64,000 bases of DNA from an archaeon. Its GTDB lineage: Archaea; Nanobdellota; Nanobdellia; Woesearchaeales; GW2011-AR9. A program made the position numbers and the translations under genes. Below are positions 20,165 through 30,359 of the stretch, piece by piece. Numbering within the stretch: the first letter of the stretch is position 1; the number at the start of each line of letters is the position of its first letter. The stretch spans positions 1,802-65,801 of the forward strand of contig JABHQR010000013.1 in the NCBI GenBank assembly GCA_018696395.1, in the 5' to 3' direction. The notes beneath the pieces were generated by a model. That model was not told the origin of the DNA and made no database searches. It was given only the letters and a program-made list of their open reading frames with translations.

Positions 20165-20307
20165 ACTTTATTATTAATATATTTTTGTTTATAAAACTTT
20201 TCACTGAGTTAAGTCAATAACAAAGATTGTGAGAAAAAAAATAACAAAACTATAATTAAAATAATAATTAAAATTCATAAAAAATAGATGATAAATCTAA
20301 GAAAAAA

Positions 20308-20571
20308 TTAGATTATATCTTCTTCAGAAACAACAATGAAATCACCAGTTGCAATTACAGCTGAAAATGGAATTAATTGTTGTTCATCTTTATTTTTCTC
20401 AAGTTCCATCTTATCAGTATAAGTTGTTGGATTTTTAAGAACGATATGTATTAATTCACCTGAACCAACTTCAAACACTAAATCGCCAACCTCTCCAAAT
20501 TTCTTACCTGATTTAGATACAATTGTCTTACCAAGCAATTCCTTAGAATAATTCTTTTCTTTTTCCATCAT
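20308..20571 (-). CDS. PRC-barrel domain protein
   Basis: 87 aa. LLGKTIVSKSGKKFGEVGDLVFEVGSGELIHIVL resembles the PRC barrel. Confidence 0.5.
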   Translation of the reverse strand: MMEKEKNYSKELLGKTIVSKSGKKFGEVGDLVFEVGSGELIHIVLKNPTTYTDKMELEKNKDEQQLIPFSAVIATGDFIVVSEEDII

Positions 20572-20752
20572 AATAAACCCCTCATTTAAATTTGATATTT
20601 TCTTATCAAATATTAGAAATAGCTTATATAAACTTTTTGGTGGCCTAAAATAAAAATCCCAATCTCTCTTCTCAAGATTAATTAATCAAAAAAACTAAAA
20701 ACACCTTAAAAAAGCAAAAATTTAATAACATTTACCTTAATTCACACTATTA

Positions 20753-21001
20753 ATGGCAAAAACAACTAAACAAGTCGATGATGCTTCTAAATATGAAAAG
20801 ATTGGTTTCCATAAAGGAAGTTTAGCAACACTCTCTAAAGAAAGAGAAGAAATGATGAGAATTTTGCAAATTGTTGAACAATTAATGCAAATGCACATCA
20901 AAGAACTTAAAGACCTCGGAGTGGATTTAGCAGCAGAAGCAAAACAAGTTCAAACTGCTAAGAAAATGAAAGGTAAAAAACCAATTGAAGAAATTCTTTA
21001 A
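20753..21001 (+). CDS. Hypothetical small protein
   Basis: 82 aa ORF, predicted helical. No recognisable motif. Confidence 0.3.
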   Translation: MAKTTKQVDDASKYEKIGFHKGSLATLSKEREEMMRILQIVEQLMQMHIKELKDLGVDLAAEAKQVQTAKKMKGKKPIEEIL

Positions 21002-21024
21002 ATTATTATTTTATTTTTTAATAT

Positions 21025-21300
21025 TTATTCTTCTTCTGATTTTCTTAAAGAATAACAACTGCCACGATAACCAGCAACCAAATCACCACATTGAGCTAAT
21101 TCCACAGTAATACTATCTGTATCATCTTCTAAATCTGAAGATTGTTGCACAGGATTAACAACATAAGAGAGAGGTTCTTGAATTCTACTCTTGTAATCAA
21201 ATCCATCAAATAATTCTTCTTTTGGAGTTTTGTTATCTGTGATTTTACCTCGAATTACAAGTTCAGAGAGATCATCTTTATTACTTTCACGATATGCCAT
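21025..21300 (-). CDS. Hypothetical small acidic protein
   Basis: 91 aa ORF. Confidence 0.3.
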   Translation of the reverse strand: MAYRESNKDDLSELVIRGKITDNKTPKEELFDGFDYKSRIQEPLSYVVNPVQQSSDLEDDTDSITVELAQCGDLVAGYRGSCYSLRKSEEE

Positions 21301-21345
21301 ATATTCATCACCAATTAAAATAAAAAATTAAGAAAAAAGAAAAAA

Positions 21346-23316
21346 TCATTTCTTACTGACTAATAAAGCAAGTAAAAAAATTAATATTGCCGCTACAATA
21401 ACAATCAAAGAGATTAATAAAGCAGTGTATCTTGCATTATCCCAAGATGATTCTTCCACAGTTGATGTTGCACCAGTTGTTGCTTCACCAGATGGACTGA
21501 AGGTAGTTACTACAACATCTTCATCCCCACCATTATCATCACTACTGGAATCATCACTACTAGAACTAGTAGTACTTGTCGAAGAACTACTTGAACTAGA
21601 TTCTGTTGCAGATTCACCATCAAGATCATTATCACTGTCATCACTAGAATAATCTGTGCCATCATCGATCAAACTTTCAATATCTTCAATTAAATCAGCA
21701 ATATCTTCTTCTAATGTTTCTAAATCATCTTGAAGGTCAGCTTCTAAATCACTATCAAGATCACCATCATCTTCTGCATCTTCAAGATCATTTTGTAAAT
21801 CATCTAAATCGTCATCAAGACTTTGTACATCATCTAAAAGATCTTCTAAATCATTAACAATGTCTTCAATTTCATCTTCATCTTCATCATCTTCTGCATC
21901 TTCATAATCTGATTCAAAGTCATCATAATCATTTTCGAAATCATCATATGCTTCTTGAAGATCAATTACGTCTTGTTCATAATCAGAATAACCAACTGTA
22001 ATTGTAAATGAAGTTGTTGAACTATCACCATTAGCATCACTAAATGTTAAAGAAACAGTGTGCACACCAGCATCATCTTCAGTTGGAATCCAAGTGATAG
22101 TATAAGTCCCACTTGATTCAACCATATTTGTACTTAAATCTAAACTTGTCGAATCATCACAATCCCCAGAACTAGAATCACTACAAGTAACTGAATAAGA
22201 GTCTAAAGTAATAGCATCACTTTCAGGATCAGACACAGTAAAAGACATTGTAAAATCTTCTAGTTCAGTTGATGTTTGATCACTTACACTAACAACCGGA
22301 GCGTCATTAATGTTAGCTACAGTAAAAGTAACTGTTTCTGTATCAGTATTATGTCCATCACTAACAGTAATTGTAAAGGTTTGAATACCAACATCATCAT
22401 TAGTTGGAGTCCAAGATAAAGTTGCAGTATTGTCAGTATTATCAATAAAATTAACACTAGTATCAAAAGTACTTGCAGAACCATAAGTTAAACTTGTAGA
22501 ATCTTGAGTAATGCTAAAAGTTAATGAATCACCATCATCATCTGTTGCACTAATACTTAATTCAACAGTAGAATCTTCATTTACTTCTTGATTACTAATA
22601 CTACTTAATACAGGGGCATTAGAACTTACAGTTGCCTCTACAATAACATTAAAAGTTTCACTTGTACTATCAGTACCATCGCTCACAGTTAAAGTTAATT
22701 CATGATCACCAACATCATCACTTGAAGGAGTCCAAGTTAAAGTTGCAGTGGTATCACCATTATCAACTAACATAGTAGATAAATCAAGAGAACTACTAGT
22801 ACTAGTATAACTATTTTCAGTTGCAGAATATGTTAAAGTATCACCATCAATATCAGATGCTGAAAGACTTAAACTTAATTCAGAACTTTCTGAAACTGTT
22901 TGATCGCCAATGCTACTTAATTCAGGGACATCATTAACATTACTAACAGTAATTGTAAATGTTTCTGAACTAGTTTCACTAGCACTATCAGTAATTGTTA
23001 CAGTAATTGTATGGTCACCAACATCATCATTAGTTGGAGTCCAAGTTAAAGTTGCAGTATTATCAGTATTATCAACTAACATAGTAGATAAATCAAGAGA
23101 ACTACTAGTACTAGTAGAACTATCTTCAGTTGCTGTATAAGAGATTGAATCTCCATCAGAATCTGAAGAACTTAGACTTAATACTAATTCAGTATCTTCA
23201 CTAGCACTTTGGTCACCAATACTTTCCAAAACAGGTGCAGTAGCAAGAACTAAAGATGCACTAGCTAACAATAAGAAAACTGCAAAAATAATTGCAAATA
23301 TTTGTCTAGACTTCAT
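21346..23316 (-). CDS. Cell-surface protein with tandem Ig/cadherin-like repeats, an acidic stalk and a C-terminal TM anchor
   Basis: 656 aa. N-terminal signal peptide. At least 4 repeats (TATLTWTP..DDVGDH..T(I/L)TVSD). A ~150 aa D/E-rich segment, an S/T-rich segment and a C-terminal hydrophobic helix ending in KK. Confidence 0.7.
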   Translation of the reverse strand: MKSRQIFAIIFAVFLLLASASLVLATAPVLESIGDQSASEDTELVLSLSSSDSDGDSISYTATEDSSTSTSSSLDLSTMLVDNTDNTATLTWTPTNDDVGDHTITVTITDSASETSSETFTITVSNVNDVPELSSIGDQTVSESSELSLSLSASDIDGDTLTYSATENSYTSTSSSLDLSTMLVDNGDTTATLTWTPSSDDVGDHELTLTVSDGTDSTSETFNVIVEATVSSNAPVLSSISNQEVNEDSTVELSISATDDDGDSLTFSITQDSTSLTYGSASTFDTSVNFIDNTDNTATLSWTPTNDDVGIQTFTITVSDGHNTDTETVTFTVANINDAPVVSVSDQTSTELEDFTMSFTVSDPESDAITLDSYSVTCSDSSSGDCDDSTSLDLSTNMVESSGTYTITWIPTEDDAGVHTVSLTFSDANGDSSTTSFTITVGYSDYEQDVIDLQEAYDDFENDYDDFESDYEDAEDDEDEDEIEDIVNDLEDLLDDVQSLDDDLDDLQNDLEDAEDDGDLDSDLEADLQDDLETLEEDIADLIEDIESLIDDGTDYSSDDSDNDLDGESATESSSSSSSTSTTSSSSDDSSSDDNGGDEDVVVTTFSPSGEATTGATSTVEESSWDNARYTALLISLIVIVAAILIFLLALLVSKK

Positions 23317-23599
23317 TTTGTTTTTTACCTCGTAAACTAATTAGTTTTGTCATATTTTAAGATCTTAATATTTACTACTTTAAAATAGGCTTTGGTTTAT
23401 AAATCTTTCGTTTTTTGTGCCACTCTGGAGTAACAACGAGCAAGTAAACTTTAATTGAATTAATATGTTAAAACACATAGCAAAAAATTTTGTATTTAAA
23501 CATACTTTAAGATTTAATTTAAAATAAGAGAAAAATTAGCTCAAAACAGTTTATTAAACTTTATAATGGCCAAACATAGAAAAAAGAAGTAAATTTAAC

Positions 23600-24082
23600 T
23601 CAAACAATAACTTCACCACGATGAATTTTTGGCATGAAATTGATCAAAGTACCAAATTTCAATTTTGCACAACCAAATACATCATCTTTATATTTTAGAA
23701 GAACTAACTTACTTTCTTTTGATAATTCCGGCTTTTCTAAATCCATCCCTTTAAAATATTCTCTTAATTCAAGTTCTGTCAATTCAAGAACATTAGATAA
23801 TTCCACATTATTTTCTTTAGCATCTTTGTAAAGTAATTGAGAAGCTTCTAAACTTAACCTAAATTGATCCCACTTCAATTCACCGAGATAGATCCCATAC
23901 CTATCAATTCTTAATTTTTCCAATTCAATATTAGCAATATTTTTTGTTACAATGTAAATTTTATGTTTATTTTCGTTCTCAAGATAAGCATAATCTTCTT
24001 GAAAGGAATGAGAGAATTGTTTTTCTAATAATTGTTTTAACCTTTTTATTTCCTTACTGTTAAGTATTTTTAATTTCTGCAT
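23600..24082 (-). CDS. Hypothetical protein (possibly Nip7/PUA-like)
   Basis: 160 aa. Weak resemblance only. Confidence 0.35.
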   Translation of the reverse strand: MQKLKILNSKEIKRLKQLLEKQFSHSFQEDYAYLENENKHKIYIVTKNIANIELEKLRIDRYGIYLGELKWDQFRLSLEASQLLYKDAKENNVELSNVLELTELELREYFKGMDLEKPELSKESKLVLLKYKDDVFGCAKLKFGTLINFMPKIHRGEVIV

Positions 24083-24206
24083 CCTGTATCTGCAAATTAA
24101 GGCTTATTATTAAACTTTATTCAAATAAATGAGTCATTACTGCCATAATACCAATGCACCACACCTACAATATTTTACAATTTGATTACACAGAAATCTA
24201 TTTGAG

Positions 24207-25355
24207 TCAATTAAATAGATACTTCGCAAACAAAACAAATCTCGGTTCTTTCAAGATTAAATTAACAAATAAAGGGACAGGATTATCCCTAGAATATTTT
24301 TTTAAAACTTTCTGAACTTTATCTTGTTTAACCAGATAGAACAGTTTGTTCAAATCATTGTCATTAATTTTATCAAAAATATTCCTTGCTAAAAGATGAA
24401 CTTTTAATCCTCGCCTCAATTTTCTTAATTGTTTATTATAGCAAAAGTTATTATTAATACTATCAACTAATATATGAGCTGCTTTGAATGAAGGTATAAT
24501 CCCACCTAAAGTAGTAGCTTTAACTTGAGCAGCAGAATCACCTATTAAATAACATTTTCCTTTTTGAAATTTTTGTTTTGAAGAATAGATTGGAATTATT
24601 GCAGATTGAAATTTAATTGACTCCCCTTCAAATTCAAAATTAAAATCCCGACAATATTTTTCAATAAAATTATTAAAATATTTTTTAACATTATTTTTAC
24701 TTGCAATCCCAACCCTGGCATGAGTTTTAGATTCTGGAACTACCCAACCAAAAAAGTCTGGACAAACATTATTACCAAAATAAGTATAATAACAATTAGG
24801 ATTAAAATTTCCTTTAATAACTGCTTGAACACCATGATAATATTTTCTATGTTTGGTATTGAAAGAAAATTCTTTTGCTACACTTGATAAAGGACCATCA
24901 GCACCGATTACAATATCATAACCAACTTTTTTGATTTCATTATTATTCTTATCTTTGATTAAAAGAGATTCTTCTTTTTTGTCATTAACACTTTTTTTAA
25001 TAAAATGATGTGAAATAAAAATTTTTGTACCTGCTTCCAGAGCAAGATTTGCTAAATAAGAATCAAATTTAGCCCTATTAACTAAAAATTCTTCTTGAGA
25101 AAGTTCCACCTTAACACCAGGAGAATTTAATACAATTTCATTAAATTTATTAACAATAAAAACATTAGAAATATTACTGGGCAGATCATGAAATATTTCA
25201 AATTTCTTAAATTCAGAACTTAATAAACCAGTACATTGTATTGGAACCCCAATTTCATTATGTTCTTCATACAATTCAACATCATGCCCAGATTTAGATA
25301 ATAAATATGACACATAACTCCCTGCAGGTCCAGCTCCAATAACAACTATTTTCAT
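24207..25355 (-). CDS. Geranylgeranyl reductase family FAD-dependent oxidoreductase
   Basis: 382 aa. N-terminal Rossmann motif IVVIGAGPAGS...ELYEE. Size and layout match archaeal digeranylgeranylglycerophospholipid reductases. Confidence 0.8.
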   Translation of the reverse strand: MKIVVIGAGPAGSYVSYLLSKSGHDVELYEEHNEIGVPIQCTGLLSSEFKKFEIFHDLPSNISNVFIVNKFNEIVLNSPGVKVELSQEEFLVNRAKFDSYLANLALEAGTKIFISHHFIKKSVNDKKEESLLIKDKNNNEIKKVGYDIVIGADGPLSSVAKEFSFNTKHRKYYHGVQAVIKGNFNPNCYYTYFGNNVCPDFFGWVVPESKTHARVGIASKNNVKKYFNNFIEKYCRDFNFEFEGESIKFQSAIIPIYSSKQKFQKGKCYLIGDSAAQVKATTLGGIIPSFKAAHILVDSINNNFCYNKQLRKLRRGLKVHLLARNIFDKINDNDLNKLFYLVKQDKVQKVLKKYSRDNPVPLFVNLILKEPRFVLFAKYLFN

Positions 25356-25574
25356 ATTATGATTATTTTTTTATCACTAGATTAAAAAGTTTATGAATAA
25401 TTGAGATTTATTAATTTAAAATCATTAACAACAATGACCACACCTAAAATTTATTTGTTTAGAATGATATATGAATGTAAATTGGGATCCTCCTTAAGGC
25501 CATAAAAGAGTAAGTAAAAAGAAAAAAAAGAAAAAAATTTTAGAGGAAGATCACCTCATTAGGTTAGGACAAAC

Positions 25575-26894
25575 TTAATAATAAGTTTGTTCTTCCTCTT
25601 CGTCGTCTTTCCTTAATCTACTGAAACCAACAATTAATCCAATGATTACTAATAATACTACTAGTACAATCAAAGCAATTTCAAGTCCGTTTCTTAGACT
25701 AAAGTCGTTACTATCTACGTTTTCGCTAGCTACTACATCAGCAGTTAAACCGATAGTTTCTAAAGTTTCACCTTCGTTCTCAAGAACTAAGCTAACAGTA
25801 TAACTACCCGCAGCTGCATTATCAGCAACATTAACGTAAGCATAAACAACGTCAGATTCACCTTCACCTAAAACAACTAAACTGTCAGATAAGCTAGTAG
25901 TAGCCCAATCGCCAGTTTGTAGTTCTAAAGTGTAAGTTTCTGAGTTACTACCTTCGTTACTTAAAGCGATAGCGTAAACAGCTTGTTGACCCGCGTTAAC
26001 AGATTGAGATTCTGGACCTACTGCAACGATTAACTTTTCAGAATCGCTATCACAGTAACCACCATCAACAACAGTTAAAGCATAAGAGTTTGTAACTGAT
26101 TCATCATGGTCGTATTCAACAGTAACATCAACAGTGTATTCACCAGCTTCTGCACAATCAGGGATGCTTAAAAACATTTCTTCAGTTGTTTCATAAGCAA
26201 CATGTTCTGCATCGCCATCGATTTCAACAAAGTCAATATAATCAGTTGCACTAACGCCTAAATCATCAATTGCGATAGTAACTTTAACATCTTCTTCTTC
26301 AGTTCCACCATAGTTTTCAACTTGAACAGTAGTCAATAAAGATCTACCTGAGCTTACTTCACTACCAGGGGAAAATACTACATCAGAGATGTCCATACCG
26401 TGTCTAACAGGATCAATAATTAATTTAGTGTAAACAGTAATATCATTACCAGTTCTATCAGTAACTCTAACTGTTAACCAATATTCATCCTTGTCCATTT
26501 CTGCTGGAAGTTCTAATTCTAATTCAACATATTTATTAGTACTTTCTTCCATATCGAAAAGGTCAGATTCAGCTTCTAAGTCACCATATTCATAACCATG
26601 AATTTCAACTTCAACTTCAACATCTTCAACATTTTCACCAGCTTCTAAGCCAATTTTAAGTTCAAGAATGTCACCTTCGTCAACAGTTAAACTGTTCTCA
26701 GGAATGTTGTCAGCGTCAATATCTTCTTGATCGAAGATTTCAACTTCATCGCCATTTAATTTTACTACATCAATGCTAATTGATTCACTTGCAGTTGTAT
26801 CATCTGCAATCACCACTGCACTTAATAATAAACTAAAAACAGCCAATAAAGCTACTATATTTAGTAATTTTTTCATTTTTTTGTCTTCCTCCAA
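25575..26894 (-). CDS. Acidic cell-surface protein (signal peptide, C-terminal TM anchor)
   Basis: 439 aa. N-terminal signal/TM (LLNIVALLAVFSLLLSAVVIA), D/E/T/V-rich body, C-terminal TM followed by a charged tail. Confidence 0.65.
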   Translation of the reverse strand: MEEDKKMKKLLNIVALLAVFSLLLSAVVIADDTTASESISIDVVKLNGDEVEIFDQEDIDADNIPENSLTVDEGDILELKIGLEAGENVEDVEVEVEIHGYEYGDLEAESDLFDMEESTNKYVELELELPAEMDKDEYWLTVRVTDRTGNDITVYTKLIIDPVRHGMDISDVVFSPGSEVSSGRSLLTTVQVENYGGTEEEDVKVTIAIDDLGVSATDYIDFVEIDGDAEHVAYETTEEMFLSIPDCAEAGEYTVDVTVEYDHDESVTNSYALTVVDGGYCDSDSEKLIVAVGPESQSVNAGQQAVYAIALSNEGSNSETYTLELQTGDWATTSLSDSLVVLGEGESDVVYAYVNVADNAAAGSYTVSLVLENEGETLETIGLTADVVASENVDSNDFSLRNGLEIALIVLVVLLVIIGLIVGFSRLRKDDEEEEQTYY

Positions 26895-27064
26895 AATATC
26901 TTCTTATTTATATTTTGAGCGTCATGTTAATTTTTGAGCTTGTTTTTCCTCAAAAGTAATGACAACTATATAAAGTTTTTGGTTTTGTTAGTCTTTTCAA
27001 GTAGTTAATACTCTTGAATTTGTGTTTAGGTCTTTTGATTATATAAATTAAAAAAAATATAAAA

Positions 27065-30000
27065 TTAGACCAATCTTAATGTTCGGTGAGTAACATGACT
27101 AAAGTCGTCGTTACTTACTGTAATTCTAATATCATAAATTCCTTCGTTTGCACTTTCAGGAATTTCCATTGTAATTACTTCACTTAATTGATCATTAGAG
27201 TCTATGTCAAAGTTCCCACTGGAATACTTAATACCTAATTCATAAACTACTATACTGATCTCTAAATCTTCTAAGTCTTTCTCACCATCGTTGTTCAAGC
27301 CAACTGATAACCGAACTTCGTCACCAGCACTTGCAACTTCGTCATCAAACATAACGTTACTATATTTCAAGTTTGAACTTAATTCTGTTACAAAGATAGT
27401 ATAACTTTGAGTGGATGTGTAAACACCATCGCTAGCATAGATTGTAACATCAAAGTTACCTCTCCATTCAGGAGTCCAACTAACCATACCATCTTCATCC
27501 ATTTCCATACCATCTGGTCCATCAAACCATAAAGTTATTTCTTCTCCTTCAGGATCATCAACAACAATTTGGTAAAGATATTCATCATCTACGTAAGCAG
27601 TTGTATCTGGTTCTGACATGAAAATAGGTGCACTGTTTACATCATAAACTGTAATAGTAAAACTATCTTGAGTTGAAAGACCAGTATCATCTTCTGCGAT
27701 TAATTCAAATGAATGATCATCCCCACTTTCACTTCCTTGGTAATAATCAATTTCCCAAGTAAATGTCCAGGTACCATCACTATTATCAGACAATTCAACA
27801 TCATAATATTCTTCAGCAAATACAATACTGAACTCATCATCATCAGGATCGGCTGCTTCAAAAGTATATTCTAAAGTTGTACCTTCGTAAGCTACTTGAT
27901 CTTCTAATGACATATCAGGTGCCTGGTTAACATTATTAACAGTAATTACAACAACATCTGAAACCTCTTCTTGGCCATCGCTTACAATAAAAGTTACTTC
28001 ATAATCACCTGCATCATAATAATCTGTTTGCCAAGTGAAAGTTGCTGTAGTTGCACTTTCTTCATAAACTAAACTTGCCCCTTCAGGTAAATCTTCTGCA
28101 GTGAAACTTAATTCATCACCATCACCATCAGTTGCTTCAATAGTAAATGATAGTTCTTCACCTTCATCAATTTCTTGATCACCAGGCACAGTTAATTCAG
28201 GTGCTTGATTAGTTTCAGTAACTTCAATTTCAATAGTCATAGTATCTTCTAAATTAGGACTACCGCTGTCAGTTACAGTAAAAGTAACATAATAAGGACT
28301 GTCTTCTGCATCATCATAATCTGTTTGCCATTCAAAATCAGCAGTACCATCGCCATTATCAATCAATGCTGCAGCACCAGGCAAATCAGTCCCAGTAATA
28401 GTTAATGTATCACTATCAACATCAGATGCTGAAACAGTAAAAGTTAATTCGTTACCTTCTGAAACTGACTGATCTTCTAAACTATCAAATTCAGGAGCCC
28501 TATTAGTATTAGTAATGGTAATTTCCCAATCTTGTGTTACTTCAGTACCAGTCCAAGTGTCAACATAATCTAAAACAGAGATTTCTACTTCGATTACATC
28601 GCCATCTGTGTAAGTGTCATAATCAGGAGTCCAACTAAGAGTTGTATCATCTAAACTCATGTCACTAGGCCCAGTTACTAAACCGTATTGTAATAAATCT
28701 TCATCATCTGAATCACTAGCTACAATTTCGTAAGTGTATTCTACGCCTTCAGTTGCAGCAGTAGTTGGAGTTGATTCAATTACAGATTCTAAATTTACAT
28801 CATTTACAGTAACAGTAAAAGTTTCTTCAACAGTTGCACTGTCATCAGTTACTTGTAAAGTTATATCAAAATCCCTTTCAGTGTCAGGATGTGTTACAAA
28901 AGTGTAAGTTGGTTGTAACATAATTGTTGCAGTACCATCACTATTATCTGTGATTAATACCGCTTCACCACTAAGTTCAACCAGATCTTCTGAAACACCA
29001 GATTCTAATAAAACAGTAAATGTTAAAGCATCACCATTAGGATCTTCAACACCAATATCAAAACTTAATAATTCTCCTTCGTCAACTTCTTGATCATCAA
29101 TATAATCTAATACTGGAGTATCACAAGCATCACCATAACCATCACCATCAGTGTCAATACCAATAACTGTGATATCTAATTCTACAGTTTCAGTATCACC
29201 AGAGTCAGTTGTTACAGTTGCTTCCACAGTGTATGATCCTGCACCATTAGTGAAAAAAGTTGCATCCACAGTCATGTAATCGTTGATCATTGTACCAGTA
29301 GAATTACCATCAGTAACTAAAGTGTCAACTAAAACACCACCATCATTAAGTTCAACTTCTAAGTCAAAACCCTCAGAAGACCATGCAACATATTCAAAAC
29401 TTACTTCACCATCACAATAGTCAATTTCTTGTGCGTCAGTACTAGCATCATCCCAAATACCATCACCATCAGCATCAACTAACCAGTATAATAATAGTCC
29501 AATTGAAGATGAATCACTGCTTGTGGAGTCAAGGTCGTTTACTCTAACAATCCATTGATCATATACAATGTTACCATCTTCATCAGTTCCTTTAATTATA
29601 AAGTCCCAGTCATCTTCCGGTAAACCACTACTTTCAGGAGCAGTACCAGTAACTGTTGCAGTAGTAATACAAGTACTCGCATCATAACTTTCGCTACTTA
29701 AAGATGCCCAACTTGGAAATAAATATTCTTCCAAAGTAACTTCGTCACAATCTGCATCGTAAACTTCCACTTCATATTCATAAGTATCATGTTCATCAAC
29801 ATCAGTAGGTGGGGTACTGACAAATTCTGGAACATTGTTAATAATTTCATTAACAGCTAAGTACAATATGATTTCATCATTAACACTACCACTAACGATA
29901 GTTGCTACGATAGTATAATCACCGCTTAATGAGTTTGTATTCATATCAAGTACATTATCTGCAACATCCGTATAAGATGTTAAAGCAGTTGTACCACTTA

Positions 30001-30292
30001 ATACACCACTAGATACATCTGCACCAGTTGAATCATAAATAGTTACGTCTAAATCATAATCATCGCTTGCCCAAGAGATATATTCAACTTGTAAATTATC
30101 GCCTTGTGAAACTTCTAAGCTAGTATCAGTTGGACTGTCGACCCAGAAAAATAATAATCCAGTATCGTCTGCACTAACCATTGCTGGTGTAAGTACAGAT
30201 AGTACCAACAGTGCCACTAACATAAAAGCACTTGTTTTTTTATTTTTTAATTTCATTATTGTGAACCTCCACGAGTTCTTTTTTCCCATCAA
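27065..30292 (-). CDS. Giant acidic secreted surface/adhesin-like protein with repeated Ig/cadherin-like domains
   Basis: 1075 aa. Signal peptide. Repeated ~90 aa modules (e.g. WQTDYDDAEDSPYYVTFTVTDSG, WQTDYYDAGDYEVTFIVSDGQ, WEIDYYQGSESGDDHSFELIAEDDTG). Extremely D/E/T-rich. Confidence 0.7.
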   Translation of the reverse strand: MMGKKNSWRFTIMKLKNKKTSAFMLVALLVLSVLTPAMVSADDTGLLFFWVDSPTDTSLEVSQGDNLQVEYISWASDDYDLDVTIYDSTGADVSSGVLSGTTALTSYTDVADNVLDMNTNSLSGDYTIVATIVSGSVNDEIILYLAVNEIINNVPEFVSTPPTDVDEHDTYEYEVEVYDADCDEVTLEEYLFPSWASLSSESYDASTCITTATVTGTAPESSGLPEDDWDFIIKGTDEDGNIVYDQWIVRVNDLDSTSSDSSSIGLLLYWLVDADGDGIWDDASTDAQEIDYCDGEVSFEYVAWSSEGFDLEVELNDGGVLVDTLVTDGNSTGTMINDYMTVDATFFTNGAGSYTVEATVTTDSGDTETVELDITVIGIDTDGDGYGDACDTPVLDYIDDQEVDEGELLSFDIGVEDPNGDALTFTVLLESGVSEDLVELSGEAVLITDNSDGTATIMLQPTYTFVTHPDTERDFDITLQVTDDSATVEETFTVTVNDVNLESVIESTPTTAATEGVEYTYEIVASDSDDEDLLQYGLVTGPSDMSLDDTTLSWTPDYDTYTDGDVIEVEISVLDYVDTWTGTEVTQDWEITITNTNRAPEFDSLEDQSVSEGNELTFTVSASDVDSDTLTITGTDLPGAAALIDNGDGTADFEWQTDYDDAEDSPYYVTFTVTDSGSPNLEDTMTIEIEVTETNQAPELTVPGDQEIDEGEELSFTIEATDGDGDELSFTAEDLPEGASLVYEESATTATFTWQTDYYDAGDYEVTFIVSDGQEEVSDVVVITVNNVNQAPDMSLEDQVAYEGTTLEYTFEAADPDDDEFSIVFAEEYYDVELSDNSDGTWTFTWEIDYYQGSESGDDHSFELIAEDDTGLSTQDSFTITVYDVNSAPIFMSEPDTTAYVDDEYLYQIVVDDPEGEEITLWFDGPDGMEMDEDGMVSWTPEWRGNFDVTIYASDGVYTSTQSYTIFVTELSSNLKYSNVMFDDEVASAGDEVRLSVGLNNDGEKDLEDLEISIVVYELGIKYSSGNFDIDSNDQLSEVITMEIPESANEGIYDIRITVSNDDFSHVTHRTLRLV

Positions 30293-30359
30293 TTATTGTG
30301 AAATTTTTATTTTTTGATTTTGTGTTATTGTATTATGTTTAGTTAAAATATAATAAAAA

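Noticed and set aside
21425-23140. Antisense ORFs 21425-21652 (+) and 22910-23140 (+) inside the large surface-protein gene
   Set aside because: They lie opposite a strongly supported 656 aa gene. Their S/L/V-rich low-complexity translations are the mirror of the D/E/T-rich sense frame, and there are no start-context or promoter signals.
25560-25595. Imperfect hairpin GGACAAACTTA-ATAAT-AAGTTTGTTC spanning the stop codon of 25575-26894
   Set aside because: It might be a terminator-like structure, but the stem is imperfect and overlaps coding sequence. Such AT-rich palindromes are common by chance here.
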